Shown: in pieces, positions 1 to 13,296 of the stretch
Layout: every line of letters starts with the position of its first letter
How positions within the stretch are numbered: the stretch's first letter is position 1
Assembly (NCBI GenBank): GCA_951406725.2
Contig: OX597815.1
Location: forward strand, 1,426,001-1,490,000
DNA: 64,000 bases
DNA from: Octopus vulgaris
Lineage: Eukaryota
Reading direction: 5' to 3'
Notes under the pieces: model-generated
What the model was told of the DNA's origin: nothing
Database searches by the model: none
Seen by the model: only the letters and a program-made list of their open reading frames with translations
Made by a program: the position numbers and the translations under genes

Positions 1-244
1 CAGCAAATATTGCCATTTATCAATATCTATTTTATTGATTAACTTAAACAAATAACTTTGTGTGTAATGTTTTGGTTGCCGTAGTTTCATCGATGCTCGT
101 TGAATGGAGCAAGGCCTTTCATCTTCTGAATTTTTCTTATTGCTTTGACTGATGATGGTGATGATGGTGGTGGTGGTGGTGGTGGTGGTGAAGGTGACCG
201 TGACAGTGGTTGTGGTGTTGGTGGTTGCTTGTGAGTGTGTCTGT

Positions 245-278
<34 letters not shown>

Positions 279-761
279 AAGAGGTTAGTCCTTATGATGA
301 TGATGATGATGATGGTGGTTATAATGTGAGTGTTCAGAGAGAAAGAGAGAGACAGACAGAAACAGGCCAGTGTTGCCTTGTGTTTTATCCTTGCACCATT
401 CAGTTGTTATTATTATTATTATTATTCAGGTCACTGCTTGGAATCGAACTTGGAATCTTGGGGTTAGTAGTCCGCACTCTTAACCACTACGCCATTTGCC
501 TGTGGGCAATTATGGAGTGAATTTTAGGGCATATGGCGTATGGTTAATAGCGCAGGCTACTATATACACACACACACATATATATATATATATTCTATCC
601 CACTCTATCTCGGCATCATAATTCTACAAATGTTACACTACAATGTGACACAGAAAATATCACCCTTTTTCATATGGTTTTTGTTCTACCATTTGAATAG
701 TGCTATGCAGACCATTGCTTGTCTTTATCTATCTATCTACCTACATAGCTACCTATCTATC

Positions 762-1330
762 TATGTGTCGGTGGCACATAAAAACACCATCCGAGCGTGG
801 CCGTTTGCCAGCCTCGTCTGGCACCTGTGTCGGTGGCACATAAAAAACACCATCCGAGCGTGGTCGTCTGCCAGCCTTGTCTGGCACCTGTGTCGGTGGC
901 ACATAAAAACACCATCCGAGCATGGCCGTTCGCCAGCCTCGTCTGGCACCTGTGTCGGTGGCACATAAAAAACACCATCCGAGCGTGGTCGTCTGCCAGC
1001 CTTGTCTGGCACCTGTGTCGGTGGCACATAAAAAACACCATCCGAGCGTGGTCGTCTGCCAGCCTTGTCTGGCACCTGTGTCGGTGGCACATAAAAACAC
1101 CATCCGAGCGTGGCCGTTTGCCAGCCTCGTCTGGCACCTGTGTCGGTGGCACATAAAATCACCCACTACACTCTCGGAGTGGTTGGCGTTAGGAAGGGCA
1201 TCCAGCTGTAGAAACACTGCCAGATCTGACTGGCCTGGTGCAGCCTTCGGGCTCTCCAGACACCAGTTGAACCGTCCAACTCATGCTAGCATGGAGAGCG
1301 GACGTTAAATGATGATGATGATGATGATGA
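762..1330 (+). mobile_element. RTE-LINE 3' UTR fragment with an internal ~62-64-bp tandem repeat (~6 copies, 762-1160) and (GAT)n tail
   Basis: Unit TGTGTCGGTGGCACATAAAAACACCATCCGAGCGTGG...CTGGCACC, followed by GGTTGGCGTTAGGAAGGGCATCCAGCTGTAGAAAC and GGACGTTAAATGATGATG, as in the UTR attached to the RTE ORF at 11737-12501. Confidence 0.8.
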
Positions 1331-1618
1331 TATATATAAAAGTAAATAAATGGTACAACGAAGCACCGATATTTACTGGAAAATAGCGAATGTAATAAAT
1401 ACGACGCTATTTTCCAGTAAATATCGGTGCTTCGTTGTAGCATTTATTTACTTTTATGTATAATTTTACCCTCACGGGCTATCCTTTACTAGAAAGCGAT
1501 ACTCTCGTATTGCATTACTATTTTTTATATATATATATATATATATGTGTGTTACATTTGCAGATGGCTATTTTGCCAATAAACACACACACACCAGTTA
1601 TTTGATCTTCACTTTAGC

Positions 1619-1659
<41 letters not shown>

Positions 1660-3790
1660 TGATAGTCTTACTGGAATCTGTATATTCTGTGATAAGAGAA
1701 ACAGAGAATGAAGGAGTTGCTGCTCAGGGGGAGATAATCGTTTCTTTCATCTTGTGGAAAAATCTTTTATTCAAAGAGTGAGAAGAGCCTCCACCTTTTT
1801 GCCTAGAATTCTTTTATTACTATTCTTTATTATGTATCATTTCATCTTCTTTTTCATTATATTATTATTATTATTAGTTATGTCAGAGTTCTTTTGTCTC
1901 ACAATATGTAACCTCATCATTGACTGTCTGTTTTTCAGACCCCCGCCTCTTCTCTTTGGTCTTGTCCTGTCTCAGATAAGATGGGAATGCCATGGTCAGA
2001 CCTCTTTTATTATAATAGAAGATGGTCCGCTCAATCATAGCTTGCCCGTGGTTAAACGATACCACCACTAATGGTTTTGATCTCACTGATGTCTGGTCTT
2101 AGAGCAAGTCTAACCAGACCAGCCTCATCGGTATATTCATTTTATAAAAGATGCCGATCTTGGCACAAATGGCTGCTTTGAGAGTCAGTAATTCTTCATT
2201 AAACAAAAAATACATGAAATAATACATCATCATCGTTTAACGTCCGTTTTCCGTGCTGGCATGGGTTGGATGGTTTGACCAGGGTCTGGGAAGTCAGGAG
2301 GCTGCACCAGGCTCCAATCTGATCAGAAAGTGTTTCAGACTGGAGCCTGGTGCAGCCTCTTGGCTTCCCAGACCACGGTCAAACCATCCAACCCATGCCA
2401 GCATGGAAAACGGACGTTAAACGATGATGATGAATGCAGAACTGAAGAAGTGTTGGCTTTGATGCATCATCAATTGCTGCATGTTGCATTCGGTCAGAAA
2501 ACAAAGAGAGGTACAAGCATGGCTGTGGGGTTAAGAAATTTGCTTCCCAACCAAAAGGTTCTAGGTTCAGTCCCATTGTATAGCACCTTAGGCAAGGGTC
2601 TCTTACTATAGCCTCAGACTGACCAAAGCCTTGTGAATGAATTTGATAAATAGAAACTGAAAGAAGCCTGTCGTATATATGTGTGTGTCTTTGTGTTGGC
2701 GTTTACCCTCCCCCACATGACAACCCATTTGTCCCCCACATGACAACCCATAACTTAGTGGTTCAACAAAAGAGACCAATAGAATAGTACCAGGTTTTAA
2801 AAAAATAGAGTCCTGGTGTTGATTTATTTGATTAAACGTTCAAGGTGACATCCCAGCATGGCTGCAGTCCAATGACTGAAACAAGTAAAAGATACGCCTG
2901 TCCACTCCTACCATCTGCAAACCATCTTTGCTTGATAGCATATATACACTGATGTTTTCCTCTCAATTTTCTACTTTCTTGACAAAGAGCTACATGCTTG
3001 AAATATTGAAACCTCCTTCTTTGTCTTTATGGAAAAAACATGCTTTTTACATTTGTTAATATTTTTTTGCTGTCTTTAATGAGAATTTAGATTCATCATT
3101 ATCCATGTTCCATGCTGGCACAACTTGTTTGGTTCTGTTATTGAGTTTTCATTGCAAAAAAACCTTTCACTGAAACTAAACTTATACACTCCAAATAAGT
3201 TGTTGTCTTTTTGTTTGTAATGAGAAGTAAAGCTTCCAGCTTATTTATTTACATTTATTTACAGAGAAAACTTTTCAACAGCTTGTATACAACAGCTGGA
3301 ACATCCGTCTTCAAAGATTGATTTCTTTATAATTCTCTGGGTTCCTGACCTAATAAATATAAAGCTATTCTTTGTCAGAAAATGACAAGAAAACAAAAAA
3401 CAAAAAAACAAATATAAAAGAAACCAATTCTGGAAACAGAAGCAAAACAAGGATATTCTTTGAAAGACATCAATGATGGTTTCCGCAATTGATGCAGAGA
3501 AGACAAGCATCCTTGACAGCTGTCTCTTATTTGCATTCTTTCATTATCATCGTTATAATTATTATTAAGGAGGCAGTGAGCTGGCAGAATCATTAGCATG
3601 CCAGACAAAATGTTTACTGGCATTTTGTCCTTTATGTTCTGAGTTCAAATTCCACCAAGGTTGATTTTGCCTTTCATCCTTTCACTTTCAATAGAATACC
3701 AGTCAAATACTGGGGTCAATATAGTGGAGTTGCTCCTTTCTCCAAAACTTATTGGCCTTGTGCCAAAATTTGAAACCAATAGTATTATTA

Positions 3791-3836
<46 letters not shown>

Positions 3837-3847
3837 AGTGATGTAAA

Positions 3848-4185
3848 GGTGGATGGTTCAGTGGTTAGAGCATCGGTTTCACAATCATGAGGTAGTGAGT
3901 TCGATTCCTGGACTGGACTGTGTTGTGTTCTTGAGCAAGACACTTCATTTCCCATCACTCCAGTTTGATCAGCTGTAGAAATGAGTTGTGACATCACTGG
4001 TGCCAAGCTGTATTGGCCCCTTTGCTTTTCCCTTGGATAACATTGGTGGTGTAGAGAGGGGAGGCTGGTATGCAGGGGTGACTGCTTGTCTTCCATAAAA
4101 CAACCTTGCTTGGACTCGGAGGGGAACTTTCTAGGGGCAATCCCACAGCCATTCATGACCACAGGGTGCCTTTATCCTTTTACCC
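3848..4185 (+). mobile_element. tRNA-derived SINE of a third family
   Basis: TGGTTCAGTGGTTAGAGCA...GAGTTCGATTCC head followed by CTTGAGCAAGACACTT. Confidence 0.6.
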
Positions 4186-4276
4186 TTTTCAGGTGACAAA
4201 TTGGCAGAAGGGTCAGCACAAGGGACAAAATGCTTCGTGGCATTTCTTCCGGCTCTTGGCATTCTGAGTTCAGATA

Positions 4277-4496
4277 CTCTTTTACTTGTTTCAGTCATTT
4301 GACTGCGGCCATGCTGGAGCACCGCCTTTAGTCGAGTAACTAGACCCCAGGACTTATTCTTTGTAAGCCCAGTACTTATTCTATTGGTCTCTTTTGCCGA
4401 ACTGCTAAGTGATGGGGACATAAACATGCCAGCATCGGTTGTCAAGCAATGCTAGGGGGACAAACACAGACACACAAACACAGACACACAAACACA
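4277..4496 (-). mobile_element. tRNA-derived SINE, 3' half (5' half at 10316-10519), split by the Helitron
   Basis: The same sequence is contiguous in intact copies (47546-47945, 14733-15080). Confidence 0.85.
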
Positions 4497-5473
4497 TCTC
4501 TCTATATATAAACGGCAGTTTGTCTGTCTGTGTGTCAGGTTGTACCCTCACCCTGACCACGGCTTTCAACCGATTCTCATGAAACTTGACACACACATAG
4601 CCCAATGTCATAATTCAGAACTAACGCAGCGAAAATTTTGAAAAGTTCCCCCAGTTCTGAGAAAAATCGATAAAATCGACATGGGGTCGAGAATCTAAGC
4701 TTTTTATATGCAACACATTTTCTGTTGTAGTTTTTGCAACTTGCAATCGATTTTCACCAAACTCATGATGAAGCTTAATGTTACCCTAAGAAACTTAATT
4801 CTGGTGTTAGTTTTCCATGCAATACCTTACCACCAGAGAAAATCGATAAAATCATGCCATTTTGGGAAATCGTGTTCAAATTCAAGATGACATATTTTCG
4901 ACAATATCTTTCACAAATTGGCAGGAATTTTTTTTTAAATTCACAGCGAGCATCATGTCTGGTCCAAGGAGCTATATGGGCCTTTTTATTCCAATATGAT
5001 ACTTTATTACTGGAAAAAATCGGTTAATTAAATCATATGTGGCACACATAGCAAACCGATTTGTGTATTAAACACAAACCACAGACTTTCTAGGGGACGC
5101 AATTGGTTGGGTTGAATTATCGATAGCTGTTTGATAGTTATTTGGGAGTGAAGAGAAGACATTGCAACCTACACATGCGCCTTCGTTCCCTAGAGGGAAA
5201 GGACTAGATTGGGATTATTTCCTTATGTGTTTACGGATGGTTGAATTTTGTGTGTGTGTGTGTGTATACATATATGTGGGGGTGTGCGTATGTGTGTATA
5301 TATAGCGGGGGGAGCATGTGCAGGCTTTCATATTACATGCAGCTTACGTCAGTTGTTCATGTATACAAAGTTGCATTAAACACACACATGTATGTATGCA
5401 TGGAAAAATGTGTGTGTGAGTATAATATATATGTATGTGTGTGTGTATGTATATATATATATATAATATATAT

Positions 5474-5504
<31 letters not shown>

Positions 5505-5854
5505 TTCTTCTAATATTCATACGCATCTTTGAATATATGAATATATATCTATATACACACACATATATATATATATATATCTCCATATCTCTCTCTCATA
5601 TATATATATATGTGTGTGTGTGTTTGTGTATATATATATATATATATATCAAAATGTGACCTCGGGTGTACCGTTGGCAATTTTTTCCCTCTGTCTTCCC
5701 TTCTCTGGATCTTTCCTTCTCCTATGTTTCCGCCAAAGAGCTCCGCTCGAAACGTTAAACCCTCCTTCTTTCCTTCTTTCTTGAGCGTCCAATAATACTA
5801 TATTTGCTCCACGTCCTCGCGTTGTTGTGTTTTTTTGTGCTTTCGTGTTTGGAT

Positions 5855-5891
<37 letters not shown>

Positions 5892-6168
5892 TTACAGATA
5901 TAGGGTGAAATATAATTAATTTAATAAAATCAACAAATTTCACCTAGTAGTATTTCGTTATGGAAAAAGACCATATTCAGTGAAAAACTTATATAATTAT
6001 AATAAAAAGGGTTTTTGCAACAAGTTGCTTGACCACATACCGAAAATTTTAGAAATAGCAGCCAAAGGGCTACTATATAGTAGTAAGTTTGCCTTTTTAT
6101 TGTCTTCAAAAGTTAGTGTTTGGATAATATTTTTTATGTAAAAGTTGTGCAACAACTAATAAATACAA

Positions 6169-6441
6169 AATACATTCGGTTGTGCCAATTCCTTGCACGG
6201 GAAACCTGCCTTTGTGTGGCGTGTTTCCCCATTTTGTAAATTCGTCTTCGGCTTTCCTCGCCATTCTCTGCTTTGAGCATGGCGACTTCAAAGCCATGAA
6301 GTCGTTCTTCGAGAAGAACGGTGGTCTCCTTGGCAACGCTTACGACGTGTGTTTTCCCTCCCCTCCCCTTCCCCACTGCTTCACGAGGGAGGGAAAGAAG
6401 GGGAGGAGCAAGACAGGTGCAGGTGCGAGCATAGACGCCGA
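6169..6441 (+). repeat. ~275-bp direct repeat, copy 1 (copy 2 at 9690-9970)
   Basis: AATACATTCGGTTGTGCCAATT...GGTGCGAGCAT(A/G)GACGCCGA is nearly identical at both positions, on either side of the CAC array. Confidence 0.92.
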
Positions 6442-6504
6442 CACACGAAGAATTGGAAGTACCCAGACGACAGCTTCACAGTCAACCACATCTACGGACA
6501 ACTC

Positions 6505-9458
6505 TGCCACGACCACGAGCACAATCACCACCACCACCGTCGCTACCACCACCATCACCACCACCACCAACATCACTACCACCACCGTCACCACCACCAT
6601 CACCGCCACCACCACCACCACCACCACCACCACCATCACCACCACCACCACCATCACCACCACCAGCATCGCCGCCACCATCACCACCACCATCACCACC
6701 ATCACCACCACCACCACCACCATTGCCGCCATCATCACCACCACCACCACCACCATCGCCGCCACCACCATCACCACAACCACCATCCACCATCACCACC
6801 ACCACCACCATCAACACCACCACCATCACCGCCACCATCACCACAACCATCGCTGCCACCACCACCACCACCATCACCACCACCATCACCACCACCATCA
6901 CCACCATCACCACCACCATCGCCGCCACCAACACCACCACCATCACCGCCATTACCACCACCACCATTACCACCAACATCACTGCCACCATTACCACCAA
7001 CATCACCACCACCACCACCACCAACATCACCACCACCAACTCCACCACCCCCACCACCACCACCACAATCGCCGCCACCACCACCACCACCACCATCACC
7101 CCAATCACCACCACCATCACCACCACCACCATCGCCGCCACCATCACCACCAGCACCAACATCACCACAACCAACACCACCATCACCACCATCGCCGCAA
7201 CCATCACCACCACCATCACCACCACCACCACCACCATCACCACCACCATTGCCGCCATAATCACTACCACCACCACCATCGCCGCCACCACCATCACCAC
7301 AACAACCATCACCACCACCACCATCACCACCACCACCATCACCGCCACCATCACCACCACCATTGCCGCCACCACCACCACCACTATCACCACCAACATC
7401 ACCACCACCATCACCACCACCATCGCCGCCACCATCACCACCACCATCACCGCCACTACCACCACCACCATTACCACGAACATCACCACCACCAACTCCA
7501 CCACCACCACCAACTCCACCACCATCACCACCACCAACTCCACCATCACCACCTCCACCACCACAATCGCCGCCACTATCACCACCCCCACCATCACCAC
7601 CACCACCATCGCCGCCACCATCACCACCACCACCACAACCATCACCACCACCACCATCGCCGCAACCATCACCACCACCATCACCGCCACCACCACCACC
7701 ATCACCACGACCATCGCCGCCACCATCACCACCACCACCACCATCACCCCACCATCGCCGCCACCACCACCACCATCATCACCAACTCCACCACCACCAT
7801 CATCACCGACTCCACCACCACCACCATCATCACCACCACCGCTGCCGCCACCACAACCATCATCACCAACTCCACCACCACCACCACCACCACCATCTCC
7901 ACCATCACCACCACCATCATCACCACCATCATCACCACCGCCACCGCCGCTGCCGCCACCAGCACCATCACCGCCACCACCACCACCACCATCATCACCA
8001 CAACCACCACCACCACCACCACCAACTCCAGCACCAACTCCACTACCACCACTACCACCACCACCACCACCACCACCACCACCACCATAACCACCATCAT
8101 CACCACCACCACCACCACCACCACCACGATCGCCACCACAACCACCATCATCACCACCACCACGCCGCTGCCGCCACTACCACCATCACCACCATCACCG
8201 CCACCACCACCACCATCACCACCACAACCACCACCACCACCACCAACTCCACCACCAACTCCATCACCACCACTACCACCACCACCACCACCATAACCAC
8301 CATCATCACCACCAGCACCACCACCACCACCTCCACAACTACCATCATCACCACCACCACCATCACCACATCACCAACTCCACCACCACCGCCATCGCCG
8401 CCACCATCACCACCACCATCACCGCCACCAATACCACCACCATCACCTCCACCATCGCCGCCACCATCACCACCACCATCGCCGCCACCAATACCACCAT
8501 CGCCGCCAGCACCACCACCATCATCACCAACTCCACCACCACCACCATCACAACCGCCGCCACCACCACCATCATCACCACCACCATCATCACCATCATC
8601 GCTGCCACCACCACCATCACCACCATCACCGACTCCACCACCACCGCCATCGCCGCCACCATCACCACCACCATCACCGCCACCACCACCACCACCACCA
8701 CCACCACCACCACCACCACCACCACCACCACCACCACCACCATCTCCACCACCATCACCACCACCACCAACTCCACCACCACCACCACCAACTCCACCAC
8801 CACCGTCATCAACAATACCACCGCCATCACCGCCACCACCACCACCATCACCACCACCACCACCGCTACCCACCACTCCTCCACCACCACCACTACCACC
8901 ACGACCACCACCACCGCCGCCGCCATCTCCACCACCATAACCACCATCATCATCACCACCACCACCACCATCACCACCACCATCGCCACCAACATCACCA
9001 CCACCATCCCCGCCACCATCACCATCACCATTGCCGCCACCACCACCACCACCACCATCATCACCACCACCACCACCACTCCAACCACTACCACCATCAT
9101 CACCAACTCCACCACCACCACCACCACCATCATCACCACCACCACCACCGCTGCCGCCACCACCACCATCATCACCAACTCCACCACCACCACCACCATC
9201 ACTACCATCACAACCGCCGCCACCACCACCATCATCACCACCACCACCACCACCATCATCACCATCACCACCACCATCGCCGCCACCACCACCATCACCA
9301 CCATCACCGACTCCACCACCACCGCCATCGCCGCCACCATCACCACCACCATCGCCGCCACCACCACCACCATCACCACCACCACCACCACCACCACCAC
9401 CACCACCACCACCACCACCACCACCACCACCACCACCACCACCACCACCAACACCACC
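6505..9458. repeat. degenerate (CAC/CAT/CGC/CAA)n trinucleotide array inside the Helitron
   Basis: ~2.95 kb of ACC/CAC triplets with occasional 1-nt register shifts; the source of the poly-T/H/P and poly-V/G/W pseudo-ORFs. Confidence 0.97.
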
Positions 9459-9689
9459 AATTTTCCGTGTGTCGGCGTCCAGGCTCACACCTGCACCTGT
9501 GAAGCGTTGTCAAGGAGACCACCGTTCTTCTCCCAAAAATTCTAAACTTCGTATTCTTGTAGAATCTGTCAAAATAAAACATTTTTTTCTCTTGGCTTTA
9601 TTCAGAAAATTCTAGAGTTTCTAAGATATTTGCTGTTTTTTCTTCTGCAATTTCAACCAATCAATGACGTCTATTGCGCAACAACCAAT

Positions 9690-9970
9690 AAATACATTCG
9701 GTTGTGCCAATTCTTTGCACGGGAAACCTGCCTTTGTGTGGCGTGTTTCCCCATTTTGTAAATTCCTCTTCGGCTTTCCTCGCCATTCTCTGCTTTGAGC
9801 AATGGCGACTTCAAAGCCATCAAGTCGTTCTTCGAGGAGAACGGTGGTCTCCTTGGCAACGCTTACGACGTGTGTTTTCCCTACCCTCCCCTTCCCCACT
9901 GCTTCACGAGGGAGGGAAAGAAGGGGAGGAGCAAGACAGGTGCAGGTGCAGGTGCGAGCATGGACGCCGA
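9690..9970 (+). repeat. ~280-bp direct repeat, copy 2
   Basis: Matches 6169-6441 with a few substitutions and small indels. Confidence 0.92.
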
Positions 9971-10314
9971 CCTTCAACTAACGCTATCATCTCAGAGACC
10001 CTGCGATGCAAGTTGACCAAAATTGAGAGTATGATAGAACAAGGCTTGCTCTTCCTTCCGTAGAAGAAAAAATTAAAATCGGGCCATGTTAACACCAAAA
10101 ATTATTTACATGAAAAAGGTGCTTTTTTTCTATGAAAATCCCTATTTTTTACGATTTTTTGACTGCTGTGTCACCATTTTTCGGTGTATTTCAACCAGAA
10201 AAATGTTCACTTAAAGAGAATAACAAGCTACATAATGCAAAATACTTTTACTTTACAAAAATTCCAATTCTAAAGGGTCGAAAGAAACCCGAGCAACACC
10301 GGGCGATACTGCTA

Positions 10315-10315
<1 letters not shown>

Positions 10316-10346
<31 letters not shown>

Positions 10347-10519
10347 CATATATACGTCGGGCTTCTTTCAGTTTCCGTCTACCAAATCCACTCATAAGGC
10401 ATTGGTCGGCCCGGGGCTATAGCAGAAGACACTTGCCCAAGGTGCCACGCAGTGGGACTGAACCCAGAACCATGTGATTGGTTAGCAAGCTACTTACCAC
10501 ACAGCCCCTCCTGCGCCTA
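10316..10519 (-). mobile_element. tRNA-derived SINE, 5' half
   Basis: Pol III A/B-box-like head GGCTGTGTGG...GGTTCAGTCCC and ACCTTGGGCAAGT motif on the minus strand. Confidence 0.85.
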
Positions 10520-11736
10520 CTGGTGAGGTCAATTTTGTTTGTCATCCTTTAGGTGGTTGATGTAATCTACTCACCCCTCCCCTCGAAACATTAGTTTCCT
10601 GCTGCCATTAGAGAGAATTAACATAGGACCATGCTCAAGAATAGCATTAATGTAACTACAGCATATATATATATATTGATTTCGACTTCGATTTCACTTC
10701 ACCGAGTTTGATTTCAAAGTGAAATCAAACTCGGTGACTGGCATCCGCTGCTAGTGGAGCGCTAAGAGTACCATACGAGTGAGATCGTTGCCAGAGCAAC
10801 AAGCTGGCCTTTGTGCCGATGGCACATTAAGCACACCATTCGAGTGTGATCGTTACCTGCGTCACCTTACTAGCACTTGTGCTGGTGGCATGTGAAACAT
10901 TCGAGTGAGGTCGTCGCCAGTGCCGCTGGAGTGGCTCCTGTGCAGGTGGCACGTAAAAAGCACCATTTAGGTGTGGTCGTTGCCAGTACCACCAAACTGG
11001 CCCTTGTGCCAGTGGCACGTAAAAGCACCCACTACGCTCACAGAATGGTTGGCGTTAGGAAGGGCATCCAGCTGTAGAAACTCTGCCAGATCAGATTGGA
11101 GTCTGGTGCAGCCATCAGGCTTGCCAGCCCACAGTCAAATCGTCCAACCCATGCTAGCATGGAAAGCAGACGTTAAATGATGATGATGATGATATATGTA
11201 TATATATATATACACATATATACATACGCAGAGAAAGATATGTGTGTGTGTGTATGTCAAGTCATTTGTGAGGTCTGTCAGGAGTTCTGTTGGTGACATG
11301 GAATCCAGTAGAACTGGTTGCATAGTCAGGGGCCAGCAGCAACTAAACCAGCACCACACCACCAGGGTGGCCTGGTGGAGAAGGTTGCTAGAAACCCAGC
11401 AGGACTAAAAACAAGACCCAATGTAGGTCCAGCCCCTATCTAGCAACAGCAGGGGCACTCAGAAATTCCAGGCTGGTGTCCAGCATGATGGAAGATCACT
11501 GGGAAGTACTACTCAGATTTTGTTAAAGCATGTTGGAACCCTTTGCTGGTGCTTGAGATCACAGGGATCCCACTTCCTGAGCCCTATTAGCATTAGGTAC
11601 CTTGCCTAAGTTTGTCTCTGAATTATGACAATAGGGTGGAATGAGTCTATGAGATGTGCCAAACCATTTGGACCCGTAATTTTGAACAAATATTGCTTTT
11701 GTCATTGATGGTCATTCTTGTTGACAGACATCTCAT

Positions 11737-12501
11737 ATCATCATCATCGTTAAATGTCCTTTTTCCATGCTGGCATGGGTTGGATGGGTCGACTGGGGTC
11801 CCCAATCTGATCTGGCAATGCTTCTACAGCTGGATGCCCTTCCTAATGCCAACCACTCCGAGTGTGTAGTGGGTGCTTTCTACATGCCACTAGGGCAAAG
11901 GGCCAGAGGAGCTGGCATCGACCACGATCGAATGGTGCTTTTTACATGCCACCAGCATGGAAGGCAGTCAAAGTGGCACTGAATTCGGCCATGTTCGGAT
12001 GGTGCTTTTTATGTGTTCCTGGCATGGGCCTCACAACTACAATTTCCATTTGATTTCATTTTGATATTGCTGATGTTGATGTACTTGACTCAGTAGGTCT
12101 CCTCAAGCACGGCATGTCACCCTACGATCCGAGGTACTTTTAAGTGGGTTGGTTATGCGACACTGGTGTAAGTTACAGCTGTGAACTCGCTTTATTTACC
12201 GGGTCTTCTCAGTCACAGCATATCGCCAGAGGTCTCGGTCTTTTGTCATTGCCTCTGTGAGGCCCAGCGTTCGGTCATGCTTCACCACCTCATCCCATGT
12301 CTTCCTGGGTCTCCCTCTACTCTGGATTCCTTCAACTGTTTGGGAGTGGCACTTCTTCACACAGCTCTCCTCATCCATCCGTAGTACATGACCATACCAA
12401 TGCAAACGTCTCTCTTGCAATCCGCATCTTAAGTCCAGCATTTCTCTCAGGGTGCTTACACTCTGTCGTGTGTGCACACTGACATTACACATCCAGCAGA
12501 T
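11737..12501 (-). mobile_element. 5'-truncated RTE-clade LINE (ORF C-terminus, 3' UTR, (GAT)n tail)
   Basis: ORF 12196-12504 contains ERRLHWYGHVLRM...GRPRKTW...DRDLWR, characteristic of RTE C-termini. Confidence 0.88.
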
Positions 12502-12920
12502 CACCTTCTTTCCAGTTACTTCCAGCCACCCATATCTATTACTGGGTAGTTATGAATCTCCTCTCTATCAAGATCCTTGTCCCCCTGCCATTGTCATAAC
12601 CTCTCAACACTTGGCACAAACTCACTTCCCTCACTCATTTGGAGGGTTGTCTTGCAAATTACTCGGTCACTTCACTAGTGCTGGTGCCACATAAAAAAAA
12701 AAACACCCAGTACATTCTGTAAAGTGGTTGGCATTAGGAAAGGCATCCAGTTGTAGAAAGCCAGAACAGTTGAAGCTTAATGCTGTCCTCAGACTTATTG
12801 AATCCTGTTAAACCAGCCAACACATGCTGACATAGGAGAGAGAGAGATTATATGATGAAGATATTCACGATAACACACAAAGACAGGTGATAATCTGGTT
12901 GAATATCTCTTTCACTTTCA

Positions 12921-13067
12921 CTCTTTCACTTGTTTCAGTCATTTGACTGCGGCCATGCTGGCGCACCGCCTTTAGTCGAGCAAATCGACCCCGGGACTTA
13001 TTCTTTGTAAGCCCAGTACTTATTCTATCAGTCTCTTTTGCCGAACCACTAAGTGATGGGGACATAA

Positions 13068-13098
<31 letters not shown>

Positions 13099-13262
13099 CG
13101 ACGGGCTTCTTCTCAGTTTCCGTCTATCAAATCCACTCACAAGGCATTGGTCGGCCCAGGGCTATAGCAGAAGACAGTTGCCCAAGATGCCACGCAGTGG
13201 GACTGAACCCGCAACCATGTGGTTGGTTAGCAAGCTACTTACCACACAGCTACTCCTGCACC
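12921..13262 (-). mobile_element. tRNA-derived SINE
   Basis: Same family as 15640-16040, in reverse orientation. Confidence 0.85.
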
Positions 13263-13296
13263 TATAAATATGTTTACCTTCAATTAATAGTTATAA

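Larger units (their letters stand above)
4497..10315 (+). mobile_element. non-autonomous Helitron, ~5.8 kb
   Basis: 5' end A|TCTCTCTATATATAAACGGCAGTTTGTCTGTC; 3' end CCCG-AGCAACAC-CGGG hairpin (10288-10303) then CTAG|T; no TSD; the two flanks are the two halves of one SINE. Confidence 0.8.

Noticed and set aside
753-1308. Overlapping repetitive ORFs
   Set aside because: Translations of the tandem repeat within an RTE 3' UTR
6182-9615. Long ORFs of up to 704 aa resembling mucin, extensin or His-rich proteins
   Set aside because: They are translations of the CAC triplet array, are open in most frames, switch between poly-T, poly-H and poly-P at 1-nt shifts, and lie inside a Helitron
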